64,000 bases of DNA from Macrostomum lignano (GCA_002269645.1 NIVC01002129.1:215389-279388), one strand, 5' to 3'. Shown: positions 25,611 to 38,935, counted from the first letter of the stretch. Notes: generated by a model not told the origin, from the letters alone. Translations and numbers: made by a program.

Positions 25611-26460
25611 AAACTGCTCAAAATGTGTGATTTTTTTCACTAAATCCTGCATAGCGCCATTGGCCACTCCAATTCTACCAATCTTCAAATTTTACACAAA
25701 CAATCTTCAACTATTTTGGCTCAATCATGTAAAATTTTGAGTCTCAAAGTTAATCTTGAACAGCACTATGCACTTTTAAAGTTAGACTACTTTTTTCAAC
25801 AAGACAGCGACCTCAACCTTTGCCTGCCTGCCTGCCTTTCTTTCCTGACCTGGGCCCAAAAGGTGTAAATAGGTTTTAAAATTGACTAACTTTTGGCTAC
25901 TATAAGTTTGTTCCACATAAAGCAATTGACTTAAAACTTGACACAATTCTTCATTGACTTATTCTCTGTCTAAATGTAAATTTTCAAGTTCAACTCTGTA
26001 ATTTAGTTAGAGCAAAAACTGTTAGCATGTGAAGTTTGTTTGCTTTTTCTGTTGTTTGTGCCACTCACTCACTCATTCCCTCAGAGCCAGATGAAGGGTC
26101 AAGTGATAGGGCTGAATGTACATAGCAAATGTACAGTGTTTTGGAATAACTTTATTTATAGCCTTCTCTGTACCCCAGAGTGGAGAGGCTACAGTTAGCC
26201 ATGACAGTTAAGTGAGAAATTCAAATCACTTGCCCTTTGTATAGGCAAACTCTGCAGCAGTTTAACAGTGGATGGCAATTGGCAAATCAAGGGAATCTAG
26301 CATGGTTTATAAAAGTGAAGGATTTATGAAAAGGTGATGCAATGCAAAACAACCTTACTTAATTAGGCACACCATGGAAATTTTTACCAATTCCAATTGG
26401 TAAAATTGGAGTGGCACTATAGAGGATTTAGTGAAAAAAATCATGCATTTTGAGTAGTTT
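25611..26460. mobile_element. Possible non-autonomous TIR element (~65-70 bp imperfect inverted repeats)
   Basis: AAACTGCTCAAAATGTGTGATTTTTTTCACTAAATCCT...CCACTCCAATTCTACCAAT (25611-25682) is the reverse complement of 26396-26460 with a few differences. No TSD identified. Confidence 0.5.
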
Positions 26461-27349
26461 TTTTGCACTTTTAGATAGGAAGATTTGAGATTATGAAATT
26501 TTAAGGTAGCCTAAGCCTAAGACATTTTCTGTAGTGAGTTTAGGGTTGGTTTTTAGGTTGCAAATTTTTGTGTAGGCCCTAATTTGGTTGAGCAGTTTGG
26601 GACTCCATAGGCCTAGACCATAGCAATCAAAATTTATATAGACAGACACACACACAGACAGACAGAGTTTTGATTTTTATATGTAGAGATAATTACAAAC
26701 CATGTATAATATAGTTTGCTTTATGATAGAAGGTCTATATCAGTAATAGCCACTTTGGTAACAAGTGAGAATAATAATATATATTAATTGCTATATTCCA
26801 AGAATACAAAAAATATTTTTAATTTTTAATGCACCTAATAGGCCTAATGCTTCTAATTTTTTTTATAAGGCCTTATGCTAAAGTATGTATTCAAAAAATG
26901 TAATATAGTTTAATTACAAAAATTGAACTATACTAGAAATAAAGTATTTGATATATTATTTAGACCTGTTAAATTGATAGTTTTTTAAGTCATTGTTATA
27001 TAGCATAAAGACATAGCAATAGCATTGACAATTGTAAATCTATTTTGTTACTAAAGTGGTCATTATTTATTACCAAAGTATTTTTAGGCTAGGCCTAGGC
27101 CTATCTATAGAAATAGGACCAGCTGATATAATCATGAATTCTATAAGAATACTAATACAATTCATAGGTATCTAAATAGATCAATTAGATCAATAGCTAA
27201 GCTAATTGGTACATAGACTACAGTGGCAATACAGGAGGTAGGAGGCAGAGGGGGCTGCTATCCCCAAGTAACAACCCTCTGGCTCTTACCCTGCTGGGCC
27301 TGGGGGTGGGTGTAGGGGGTGATGACCACCCTCCCCCTCCCAGACTTAT

Positions 27350-27520
27350 CCCTAGTGGTGGATTGGCAAAAGTTGGCAGATCAGCGAAAGCTGCTGTGGT
27401 GGATTGGCAAAAGCTAGCAGATCAGCGAAAGCTGCTTGTGGATTGGCAAAAGCTGGTAGATCAGCGAAAGCTGCTGGTGGTCATGGTGGATCGGCAAAAG
27501 CTGGCAGATCAGCCAGCGAA
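27350..27520. repeat. ~39 bp minisatellite (GTGGATTGGCAAAAGCTGGCAGATCAGCGAAAGCTGCT), about 4 copies
   Basis: Directly visible. Confidence 0.9.
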
Positions 27521-29894
27521 AAGTTTACAAAATTAGGGCAAACGAAAAGAAATAAATGAATTAAAAGAGATAGAATTGGAATCAAAATTTAACCGTTTTG
27601 TACAGCACAGTTAGGCCTAAACATTTACTTACAACCCTTTGCTGGCGGACATTGAGCGTGCGCATGTGCATGTGGCATATAGGCCTAACGTGGCCACTGG
27701 CCAGTACGGACTGCACCGCGCACGTGTCCCACCTAGGAACAAAAACTTTTAAAATTTCAGTAAAGAGAAAAAAATTAGAACATATTTTCCTGTCCTTAAC
27801 AACATAAAAAAAAACAATTTTTTAAGCTTACATTGACAATATTTAATGTAAGCTGTTTACACTAATGTTTCTACTTTTAATAGTTAAAATTAGTCACGTG
27901 CATCCAAACTATACACCGGTATAGTGCTAATAACTGCACTAACCGGCAATGCAATATTTTTAAAACTAAATGATAATTTGTCATTGATTGCGTATTTTAT
28001 ATTATCATGTGACTTATTCATGTGCTAAATGTAAAAAAAACATTTTTATAAATAAGTACTACTTTAGCTGCATATAAACTTTATAATCTAGTCTCTAGGC
28101 CGCATACATAATCCTCTTACTCAGTCTACACTCTACGACTAATAGGCCTACTAGTACTAACTATACAGAGTAGGCTGTATTACTGTATTGTACCCATCGG
28201 CATCAACTCGCCTGACTCATTTTTTTTAATGTGTATAATGATGCTAAATGGCCTTAGGCCTAGTCACAGAAGGACAAACAAACAGTTATTATATAATATT
28301 GAGCTTGTTAGTAGGGCCTAACTTGATTTAGGCCCTAATTATATATCAAATATTTTTAATAGGCCCCTATTATAAATAGGCCTAGGCTAGGGGTAGGGCC
28401 AACTGCTAAGCCAAGCGCCTATGAAAATATTGTAGGCCTAGTTAGCCACTAAGAAGGCAAATAGTCACAAGGCACAGGGGCTAGGCTAGGCCTAGCCTAG
28501 TCACTTATAAATCTTGAAACTGAAGATCAAAATTTAAAAATAAATAACTAAAGCCTAGAGAGGATTGATTATTATGCTAGCAGTCCCAGTCCTAGAAAGT
28601 TCCTAGGGCCTAGGCCTATTTATGACAATGCTTATTCCCATAATCCCATGCCAATAATGACAATATTATGCATATAGTTCTATTGCCACTAGTGTAAGGC
28701 CCTATGCCCTACTAAGCCAATAATGTTTTAGGCCTAGGCCCTATTTATCTAGACTTTATTATAGATAAATTATAAAATAATAGGCCTAGCTATAACTATC
28801 CTAAAAGTAATTACTTTAAATTATATTTCTCATTTTCACAAGTGCAGATTGATAGATAGGCCTAATTTTGAACAAGGGGCATAATACAAATTACTAAGAT
28901 AGGCCTATATATATATTATACATGTCTAACCTATGCACATGATCCTAATTTACGCATATTTTTCATATAAAAAATGAAAAATTTCAATATATTAAGGAGT
29001 AGGCCTATATAGGCCTATTGTACCCTGTATACTATTTCCCCTTTAAATTTGGCACTAGGGGGGGCCTATGCTTTGATAATCCAAATAAAATATTTTTTTT
29101 AAATAAACAATAAAAAATAAGAATTATGAACAATACTATAACATTAACTTGGCCTAGTCCTAGTGGCATAAATAGGCCTAGGGAATTTTTGATTCAGTCT
29201 ATTGAATATATTTGTTACAGGGGTCTTGGGGGAGGGAAGTTTTCCTATTGCTGACACCAAAAATCTGTTGCAGGGCTCCTGGGTAATTTATTAGAATCTT
29301 ACTGATGTTACTAAATCTGTTGTAGGGTGAGATTACTGACTCCTATTCTATCAAGTTATCACAAGGGACTTAATTGGGGAACAAAGAAAGATGCAAATTC
29401 TACTACTAACAGAAGTAAGCCGTGGGTTGCTCCTGGGGCGTGAAGTGTCCAAGCGGCAAGACACTGTCTATATTAAACTTAACTAGTCCAAGGGAGGGCT
29501 ATGCAATAGATCAGAGTTGCCTGGGAAATGGGGAGCACAAAGGGGGGATTTTAACAGCTAATAGGGAATGCTGACATGGGAAGGATACGCCTTAATAGGG
29601 AATAAGCTAAGGGTAGGACGCCTAAGCAGACAGTGTGTCTGGATGACGAGTTGGCAAATAGCCAGGTTAATCAAAGATCTGGGGAAGGGAGGCCTCATGC
29701 CTGTCCAACTGATAAAGGAAAAGGGGGTTAGAAATATTACTCAGTAAGAGACTGTACGTTCTCTGGGGGAGAGAGAAAAAAGGCTGTACGCTTATAGCTG
29801 AACAAATGCCTTCTAGGGAAAAGAGGAAAGGTGACTGTATGCTTAAAGCTGGAAACAAGACCTCTCGGGGAAGGGGAAAGGCGGGCGCCTTCAA

Positions 29895-30073
29895 AGGAAT
29901 AACTCATAGACTGATCTATTTTTAGAACAACTGTTCATTTCGGCCGAAAGGCAAAGCCTGCTACAAAGAGGCGACCACAGAAGTTGGGCTCTCTACAGAT
30001 CTATTTTGCTCATATTTATAGTAATTTTAGTAAAATGGCGGACAATTCATAACAAAACTTTAAAAATAGGAGG
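29895..30073 (+). repeat. Dispersed ~180 bp repeat, copy 2
   Basis: Matches 9682-9860. Confidence 0.9.
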
Positions 30074-30418
30074 TAAAGTAACAAAATATCTCCCATTAGG
30101 CTTCAATTTATTGTTTTTTTGTAATTTCCTTTTGTTATACCAAAAGTCATTGGTTATATTGGTATATATTTAAGTGTTGCTCAAAGAAATAATATATACC
30201 CTTTGGTAGATAAAGAATAACCAAGATTCATCAGCTTTAGTTTCTATTGTCTATTTCTTTAAATATTATTAGAGTTAATATAAAAAGAGTGGCTGCTAGA
30301 ACATACATGCCCAAGTTCAAAATTTTACCTATCTAGTATGACTTAGTTTTGTCCAGATTTGTAACTTTGTTTCTCCTGATTGCAACTTATTTCCTATACT
30401 TAGGTGCAACCTAGGGAT

Positions 30419-30544
30419 TCACCTGGCCATTTCTATTGGCAACACACACGTATAAGTCACTATTGGAGGGAATAGTAGTCAGGTGACTGCTCTTAGCCAA
30501 TAGCAACTTACATGTATGTGTTGCCAATAGAAACAGCCAAGTGA
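30419..30544. repeat. Small foldback/MITE-like inverted repeat (~39 bp arms)
   Basis: TCACCTGGCCATTTCTATTGGCAACACACACGTATAAGT versus the reverse complement of 30506-30544, TCACTTGGCTGTTTCTATTGGCAACACATACATGTAAGT. Confidence 0.7.
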
Positions 30545-31676
30545 TTGACATAAGATTGCGCATTTATGTTATTTCCTCTTGATTATGACTTAATTTTCAC
30601 TTTATATATACTTTTCTTGCCTTTTACTTTTTTCTTCTCTTTCCTCTTTCCCCTCTTTCTCTTCTTCTTTTCTTTTCCTTTTCTCTTCATCTCCTTTCTT
30701 TCTTCTTCCAAATTTTCATTTTTTGCATTTTTGTTTTTGCAACTTACCTTGGCTTGCAGCCATTTTACCTGTCTGGTTTGGATGGGTCAAAAAGGTGTTG
30801 GGCATGTATATGCTAGAAATTTATGCAAAATGATATAAATATTTAATATTTGTATCATTAGAATTAGAGATAATAAAGTTATACTACTTTTGGGATAGCT
30901 TTTGTACATGCATTTAAATGTAAAAAGTAGTAGACCCATTCCTATGCTTATTAATTGACTATTTAGCCTCTATGCAAATAATGCAAAGCATTAATATCTA
31001 CCTAACCTAACTAAAGTTCAAAAAGGTATGTATATGTATTTTTGAAATTATGATTTAGGCATTGTAATCATTTTTGTTAAAAAAACTAAAAAAAGTAAAA
31101 TAGTTTTTTAAAGCTTTAAAGTAGTAAAATAGTTTTAATACTTTTTATAATGAATATTTTGTTAGAACTTAATAATTAAGTTTAATTCTAACAACAGAGG
31201 TGCTTCTATTTTTGAAAATATCACAGTTTTCACAAGTCTTTTCTATGAAAAAGAAGACACCAGGGGACAAAAGGGGCCCAGCCAAAGTTAGTCAAAAAAT
31301 GCCCACTCAAAATTGATATAGTACTAGTTAGATGACGAGGCATTTAAGCCTCAATAATATAGTCTTGGTTACTTCTGCTGTTTACCCAACATTATGTTAA
31401 ATTATGTTTAGGTTTCTCTGATAGGTAAGTAGCACTTTTTTGTCAAAAAGTAAGTTGCACAGCCAGTGTTAATCAGGAGGGTTGCGCATGTATGCTCACT
31501 GATATCAGCTGGCATCTTGGCTTATAATTTGGCCTTAGGATACCCAATAGTACTGAGATTCTGACAGAGGCAGAATTCAACTCTCCTCTCTAATTCTTGC
31601 ATGCTCAAAAAAGCTCAACTGCTGCAACTCAAAGTGTCAGTACTTATATATAGATCGAACTCTCTAACTTGAGACC

Positions 31677-33807
31677 ATGTTCACCACCAGAGCTAGGCAG
31701 CTTTGCCACGCCTGCATTGTCGGGTTTCGCCAATGCCTCACGCATCCTCAATTGGTTCGTTTGGCCTCCGTTAGCGGCCGGGCTCTGCTAACCAAAGCCT
31801 GCAGCTCGCAGCTGACCGAACGCACTCTTCTGCGTCGCCTGATGGACAGGTTCGGCCCGGCCACCCGGCAGCGGTTCCGACGAAATGCCGGCCGCCTAAT
31901 GCTTGGTTCGTCTCTGTTCGCCTTCGACTACGGAGTGACTGACGAAGAGTTGCAGGATTGCCTGCGCGAGTGCGCCACAGTGCGTGGGGAAATGTTTGCT
32001 ACTAATAGTAGTACAACTAATTCTAGTAGTGCTGAGAGCAATCAACAGCAGCAATCTACCGCTAAGGATAGCTGGTCACTGCTAGTTCGTCGGGACAACA
32101 TCACAGTGTGGCAGAAGCCGCACGAGTCCGTATACGAATATCGGGTGTGCGGCCGCTTCTCCGATATTTCTCCTGCCGCTTTTGTTGAAGTGAGTTGCCT
32201 GTGATTGTTGCATTCTTTAAAGAATCGAACGTGTACACAGTTTAACCTACACTAAAATCGCCCTAAAATCCCCTAAAGAAACGTCTCAAAATCCCCCTTA
32301 AGAATCGCCTCAAAATACCCCAAAAAATCGCCTAAAAATCGTCTCAAAATTGTTAAAATTTTCCCAAATAATTGCTTTAAAATCCCTAAACACATTGCCT
32401 TAGAATCCTCAAAAAATCGTCTTAATATCCTTCAAAGCATCGCCCCAAAGTCCCCAAAAGAATCGCCCAATAATCCCCAAAAGAATCGCCCCAAAATCCC
32501 CAAAAGAATCGCCCCAAAATCCCCAAAAGATTCACCCCAAAATCCCCAAAAGAATCGCCCCAAAATCCCCAAAAGATTCGCCCCAAAATCCCCTAAAGAA
32601 TCGCCCCAAAATCCTCAAAAGCATCGCCCCAAAATCCCCAAAAGAATCGCCCCAAAATCCCCAAAAGATTCACCCCAAAATCCCCAAAAGATTCACCCCA
32701 AAATCCCCAAAAGATTCACCCCAAAATCCCCAAAAGATTCACCCCAAAATCCCCAAAAGATTCACCCCAAAATCCCCAAAAGATTCGCCCCAAAATCCCC
32801 TAAAGAATCGCCCCTAAAAATCCTTTGAAGAATAAGCAAAACGCTGGCGCAACCCGCAGGTGATGGAGGACCTGGACTATCGCAAGCAATGGGACGATCT
32901 AGTGCTAGAATTGCAATACCTGAGCCGAGACCGCGACACAAACACGGACCTGATCCGCTGGGTGTCCTACTACCCCAGGCCCATGCGGCCCCGAGAGTAC
33001 ATCTACAAGCGGCGCTGGCGCGTGGACCCTCAGTCTGGAGCTGTCGTATTTCTTAATCGATCAGTGGCCGAAGATTTCGGACAGGCCGATGCCAGACCGG
33101 GCACAGTTCGGGTTAATGAGTACCGCAGCGATATGGTCATCTGGCCGCACTCAGGATTAAGGGATAACGGATTCGACTATGTGCTCACTTATTGCGATAA
33201 TCCGCAGAGCTCAGTGCCCAGTTTCGCTTATAACTGGGTGGCTTCATCTGGTGAGTTTTTAGTTGCTAAAATAAAATACCAGAGGTTCGTCTGGTTTAGA
33301 GAATTAGGGTGAGGTTTATGGACTACTAAACTGCTCAAAATAGGGTGAGGTTTATGGACTACTAAACTGCTCAAAATAGGGTGAGGTTTATGGACTACTA
33401 AACTGCTCAAAATAGGGTGAGTTTTATGGACTACTAAACTGCTCAAAATAGGGTGAGTTTTATGGACTACTAAACTGCTCAAAATAGGGTGAGGTTTATG
33501 GACTACTAAACTGCTCAAAATAGGGTGAGGTTTATGGACTACTAAACTGCTCAAAATAGGGAATGTTATGGACTACTAAACTAGCCGAGTGTCATGGAGT
33601 ACTGAAACAAGCAAGGGTTTAATGCAGAACAATAATCAGCATACCACATCAAATCCAATTGTTACCGGCATCATGACAGGCCTACCAGACTTCATGTCCA
33701 AACTGCATCAGGCTACTAAGCTTCGCCGATCACAACAGGTTGCGGGGGGTTCGAGACCCGTATCGGCCGAGAGTGGCGGCACCTTCTCCCAGCCAATCTA
33801 TTCGTAA
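31677..33807 (+). CDS. STARD7: StAR-related lipid transfer protein 7-like (START domain, phosphatidylcholine transfer type), 343 aa; exons 31677-32189, 32860-33250, 33680-33807
   Basis: Arg-rich N-terminus resembling a mitochondrial presequence. Motifs YEYRVCGRFSDISP, DLDYRKQWDDLV, WVSYYPRPMRPREYIYKRR, GFDYVLTYCDNPQ, WVASSGLPDFMSKLHQA. GT-AG junctions are phase-consistent (0, 1), total 1032 nt. Confidence 0.9.
32440..32820. repeat. 23 bp intronic minisatellite (AAAATCCCCAAAAGAATCGCCCC)n
   Basis: Inside STARD7 intron 1. Confidence 0.95.
33305..33585. repeat. 36 bp intronic minisatellite (TAGGGTGAGGTTTATGGACTACTAAACTGCTCAAAA)n
   Basis: Inside STARD7 intron 2. Confidence 0.95.
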
Positions 33808-34384
33808 ATAATAATTTACGCCAGACATCTTAGACACAAGGAATTAGCAAAATTTACATCATTTTGAATTGAAATCATTATTGACTTTCGTTAAAAATAG
33901 AAATATCATTTCTGCCTATGTTCTAACTACTATGTAAGTAGTATACATAAGTTTTCATTATCGTTGCTGCCCTGAAGTTTTATGAAATATTTCTCTTCAG
34001 TTAATTTTTCTCTTCTTAGTCTGCTTAAAGCTGTGCCGAAAATATTTTGAAATATTAATAACATTACTAATATATTACTGTAGCTATTGTAGTAGTATTT
34101 CTGGTGTGCAAAAAAAACTATAATTTAAAAAACAAGTATACAATTAGAATTACAGAAGACGTAAGTAAGAGCTGCATTTTTTGCTGAAAAGTAAATCCTA
34201 TGTACAACATAGAATGGTGACGACTTAGTACTGGCAAATATAATTAGTACTGGTAAGTAATACTGCTAATAATAATGCGGCTTTTACGGTTACATCGTTT
34301 TGTTAAAATTCATGAAACTAAGATATTGTTTGAGTTTGTTTTATTTCTTTTTTGAAAATTAAATTGCTCTATTGCTGTAATTTT

Positions 34385-34840
34385 CACACTCAAATCCTTG
34401 TCTAGACACTCAAATTCTAATCTAGACACTCAAATCCTGATCTAGACACTCAAATCCTAATCTAGACACTCAAATCCTGATCCAGACACTCAAATCCTGA
34501 TCCAGACACTCAAATCCTGATCTAGACACTCAAATCCTGATCTAGACACTCAAATCCTGATCTAGACACTCAAATCCTGATCTAGACACTCAAATCCTGA
34601 TCTAGACACTCAAATCCTGATCTAGACACTCAAATCCTGATCTAGACACTCAAATCCTGATTTAGACACTCAAATCCTAATCTAGACACTCAAATCCTGA
34701 TCTAGACACTCAAATCCTGATCTAGACACTCAAATCCTGATCTAGACACTCAAATCCTGATCTAGACACTTAAATCCTGATCTAGACACTCAAATCCTGA
34801 TCTAGACACTTAAATCCTAATTTAGACACCTAAATCCTAG
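34385..34840. repeat. 20 bp minisatellite (TCTAGACACTCAAATCCTGA)n
   Basis: More than 20 copies just upstream of the PrimPol ATG. Confidence 0.97.
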
Positions 34841-34919
34841 GAGAGAGAAAAAGTTCTCAACTTGCTCTCTGCTTACAACAGTACATTCTGTGCATTGCAA
34901 TTTTGCAGTCTATGCTGCC

Positions 34920-37900
34920 ATGCAAAGCAGCAAACAATTAACAAGAAAAAGAAAATCAACCGATGAACTTGAATTGGTTGCTAGGCGGTTGCTAGGCAAT
35001 AAAATTGTGTCGCCGCCAGCTCAACGGCGCCTGCTATCTGATTGGCAATTCTCTGATTATTTTCGCAGCCAATCTGACGCGTTAGAATACTATAAGCGTT
35101 GTTGCCATGGTGACAGTTGTTTAGAACCGTCGAAATTGCCTCCGTTGGTGATGAGTAGCGAGTCTGCATCCCTTGGTTACCAGGGCCAGAGGCTGTACTT
35201 TGTGTGCGACTTGCAGACAGGTATTGACTACCTGCTGGGCCACCCTGTTGGCCGGAGACACCTGTACGAACTTATTCCCGAGGGCTCCAGGTATAGTCTG
35301 GTTGTTTGTCTCTAAATTTCCATCTGATCTGATCTGTCATCTGATCTCTATTGAGAGTTGCCATCTGATCTGATCTGTCATCTGATCTCTATTGAGAGTT
35401 GCCATCTGATCTCTATTGAGAGTCGCCATCTCATCTCTATTGAGAGTCACCATTTGGTCTATTGAGAGTCGCCATCTGATCTCTATTGAGAGTTGCCATC
35501 TGATCTCTATTGAGAGTCGCCATCTGATCTGATCTGTTATCTGATCTCTATTGAGAGTCGCCATCTGATCTCTATTGAGAGTTGCCATCTGATCTCTATT
35601 GAGAGTCGCCATCTGATCTGATCTGTTATCTGATCTCTATTGAGAGTCGCCATCTGATCTCTATTGAGAATTGCCATCTGATCTCTATTGAGAGTCGCCA
35701 TCTGATCTCTATTGAGAGTTGCCATCTGATCTCTATTGAGAGTTGCCATCTGATCTCTTTTGAGAATTGCCATCTGATCTCTATTGAGAGTTGCCATCTG
35801 ATCTCTATTGAGAGTTGCCATCTGATCTCTTTTGAGAATTGCCATCTGATCTCTATTGAGAATTGCCATCTGATCTCTATTGAGAATCGCCATCTGATCT
35901 CTATTGAGAGTCGCCCTCTGAATCCTCTGATTCACCCTCCGATTCACCCTCTCCCCCAGATGCCGCCTATACTTCGACCTTGAGTTCGACAGGTTATCAA
36001 ACCCTGATCTAGACGGATCAATGGCTACGGACATTCTACTAGGATTTATTCGCAACTTGCTGACTGTGGCATTTGGTGACACTGGAGCAACTCATTCTGA
36101 TTGGATGGAAGCTGTACAACTGGATGCCAGCACAGATCAGAAGTTCAGTCGTCACGTTATCTTTCCTAATGTTGTAAGCACTGAATTTTTATTTAATATT
36201 TTTCCTTTCCTTTTTCTTTACTTGTCTACTAGCTAGGTAATGAGTAGTATAAAACGCATACTTTTTTAAAACACTAATTCTAAGGTATTCTCCAACAACG
36301 AGATAATGGGTCGTTTTATTCGTTTTGCCTACGCCCTACTGATGGAATGGCTAGCTTTAGACTCGTTTGCGGACGAGTTAGATCACGGACTTCCGGTGTA
36401 CAGATTAGCTAATAATCTGTGCCTAAACTGCCAGGAATTCAGGATGCGCATTTTAAAAAGTCTCGAACAATCGAGCGCTGGTGAAGTTTACCATTCGACC
36501 GGAAGTGAATCTCTTCATTTAACCGGAAGTGAAGCTCGTAATTTAACCGGAAGTGAAGCTCGTAATTTAACCGGAAGTGAAGCTCGTAATTTAACCGGAA
36601 GTGAATCTCTTCATTTAACCGGAAGTGAAGCTCGTAATTTAACCGGAAGTGAAGCTCGTAATTTAACCGGAAGTGAAGCTCGTAATTTAACCGGAAGTGA
36701 AGCTCGTAATTTAACCGGAAGTGAAGCTCGTAATTTAACCGGAAGTGAAGCTCGTAATTTAACCGGAAGTGAAGCTCGTAATTTAACCGGAAGTGAAGCT
36801 CGTAATTTAACCGGAAGTGAAGCTCGTAATTTAACTAAAAGTAAAGCTCGTAATTTAACCCAAAGTAAAGCTCGTAATTTAACCGGAAGTAAAGCTCCAG
36901 ATTTAACCGGAAGTGATGCCCCAAGTATCGCAGGAAATTCCATCGGAAATCCCAAGGATTTCGAAGCCAAAAAGTCACCAATTTTCAGCTTTAATCCCAG
37001 TGTGTCCGAATCGCAGCTGCTATTTCCCTTTGCTCCTTTGGATCCTCAACAGTCTTCGAATCGTCGCTCGTTCATTGCCGACCTGTCGGTTTACTCTCGC
37101 AACCGGAACTTCCGCACCGCTTATTCGGCTAAACTTGCCAAGCCAAAGTCCCCGCTGCTGCCCTGGCCTCCGCTGGCTTCTTCCTCCACTCCGGCCTCCG
37201 AATTGGAAGCTGAGCTCCTGCGTCGGAGTTTGATAACGCCGGTGCCGCATTCGGTCTCGGCGCTAGCGTCGCCTTCCGGCTGTACCGGCGGCGTAAACGG
37301 TGCTTGTTGGTTCGAATCCGCTGGTCGTCGGTCATCTGGCGCCAATTCAAATCCGACAACAAGTTTGTGTTCCTCTTGTCCGAGTTCGGAGCTTCGATTG
37401 CGATCGGCCCGCGACGGTCAAGAGTTGCTTCAGGTGGGTTTAGTTCGCTCACTGGCTCAGCTAAGAGATTAAAAATTATCTCGCCCCATATTAATGATCA
37501 GTCCAAGGACTGGGGGTCGCCACAAACCCTCAGTTACCCCAGCTAATGCTGGCACCCATTTTACAGCTGGGTGAACTGAAGCAATGCAGAGATAAGTGTC
37601 TTGCTTAAGGACTCAAATTGTTCCGAGTGGGATCGGGAATCGAACCCCCGACCTCAAAGTCGTGAGTTATAATAACTTTCCTTTTATAATATCTTAAATT
37701 TCTTAAGTACAACTTAAAGGATCTCTAATGGCGAAAAGGAACTAACATTACATTTACATTTAGAAAATCTCGCAAACCCTGAATTAAACTATCTACTGAC
37801 ATCAATCAAGTCAAATTTATGGAAGTTCGAGTTTGGAATGCCGCTTTTCAGTGGGTTAAGCAAAACTACTTTAAAATGCTTGAATTATTTAACCTTTTAC

Positions 37901-38319
37901 TTAACTGTGCACTACTGAAAGTAGCTTACGTGCAAATTTGCCGATTGGGAAGTATTTTTGCGACTTTAGCATTAGGGTAATCCTATTAATTCAATCATGC
38001 CACTTCCTCTCAGGGCCGCCCGCCGTCTCCCTACCCGGAAGTGGATCGGCACTTCCTCGTCACAGTGATGTCCAATCAAGGCCAGTTGAGGATGTGGTCC
38101 TACTGCCCAGCCAATCAGATCCTCACCCTGTTCCCTAGCAACTATCGGTATTGCCATCGAGTGGAGCGGCACCACAGAAGCAATCACGTCTATTTCCTTG
38201 TCAACCTGGTTGAGCAGTCGTTTGAGCAGCGCTGCTTCGATCCTGACTGTCACAAGTACCGGTCCAATGCGTTTCCACTTCCGGCAGAACTGTTTCCGTG
38301 GAACTTTCTGACTGATTAG
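34920..38319 (+). CDS. PRIMPOL: DNA primase-polymerase PrimPol, about 679 aa if the internal repeat is coding; exons 34920-35290, 35960-36173, 36285-37433, 38014-38319
   Basis: RHLYELIPE / CRLYFDLEF (AEP motif I), KFSRHVIF (motif II SxH), ADLSVYSRNRNFR (motif III), and the C-terminal UL52-type zinc finger YCHRVERHHRSNHV...QRCFDPDC. Junction phases 2, 0, 0 give 2040 nt. Confidence 0.93.
35320..35920. repeat. 24 bp intronic minisatellite (GCCATCTGATCTCTATTGAGAGTT)n
   Basis: Inside PrimPol intron 1. Confidence 0.95.
36498..36929 (+). repeat. 18 x 24 bp in-frame repeat (ACCGGAAGTGAAGCTCGTAATTTA; TGSEARNL)
   Basis: Units start at 36498+24k, for k=0-17, within PrimPol exon 3. Confidence 0.97.
37499..37664 (-). 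mobile_element. Truncated tRNA-derived CORE-like SINE (copy 1, in PrimPol intron 3)
   Basis: Aligns with 53595-53907. Retains the B box (GGTTCGATTCC on the minus strand) and the core but lacks the A box. Confidence 0.8.
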
Positions 38320-38344
38320 GACTGCGAGTTGGATGTCTGAAAAT

Positions 38345-38935
38345 TGATTTTTGGTGTCTGGTCATGGGGCAGGGTGTCTGGTCATATAGGGCAGGGTGTC
38401 TGGTCATAGGGGGTGGTGTCTGGTCATAGGGGTGGTGTCTGGTCATATAGGGCAGGGTGTCTGGTCATAGGGGGTGGTGTCTGGTCATAGAGCATGGTGT
38501 CTGGTCATATAGGGCATGGTGTCTGGTCATATAGGGCAGGGTGTCTGGTCATAGGGGGTGGTGTCTGGTCATGGGGGTGGTGTCTGGTCATGGGGGTGCT
38601 GTCTGGTCATTTAGGGTGGTGTCTGGTCATAGGGGTGGGGTCTTATCATTTAGGGTGGTGTCTAGTCATAAGGAGTGGTGTCTGGTCATAGGGAGTGGTG
38701 TCTGGTCATAGGGCATGATGTCTGCAGTCATAGGGGTGGTGACTTGTCATTTAGGGTGGTGTCTGTCTGGTCATAGGGGGTGGTGTCTGGTCATAGGGCA
38801 TGGTTGTCTGGTCATAGGGGGTGGTGTCTGGTCATAGGGGGTGGTGTCTAGTCATAGGGGATGGTGTCTGGTCATAGGGGGTGGTGTCTGGTCATAGGGG
38901 TGGGTCTGGTTCTGGGGGTGGTATCTGGTCATTGA
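38345..38935. repeat. ~19 bp minisatellite (GGTGTCTGGTCATAGGGGT)n
   Basis: Immediately 3' of the PrimPol stop codon. Confidence 0.95.
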
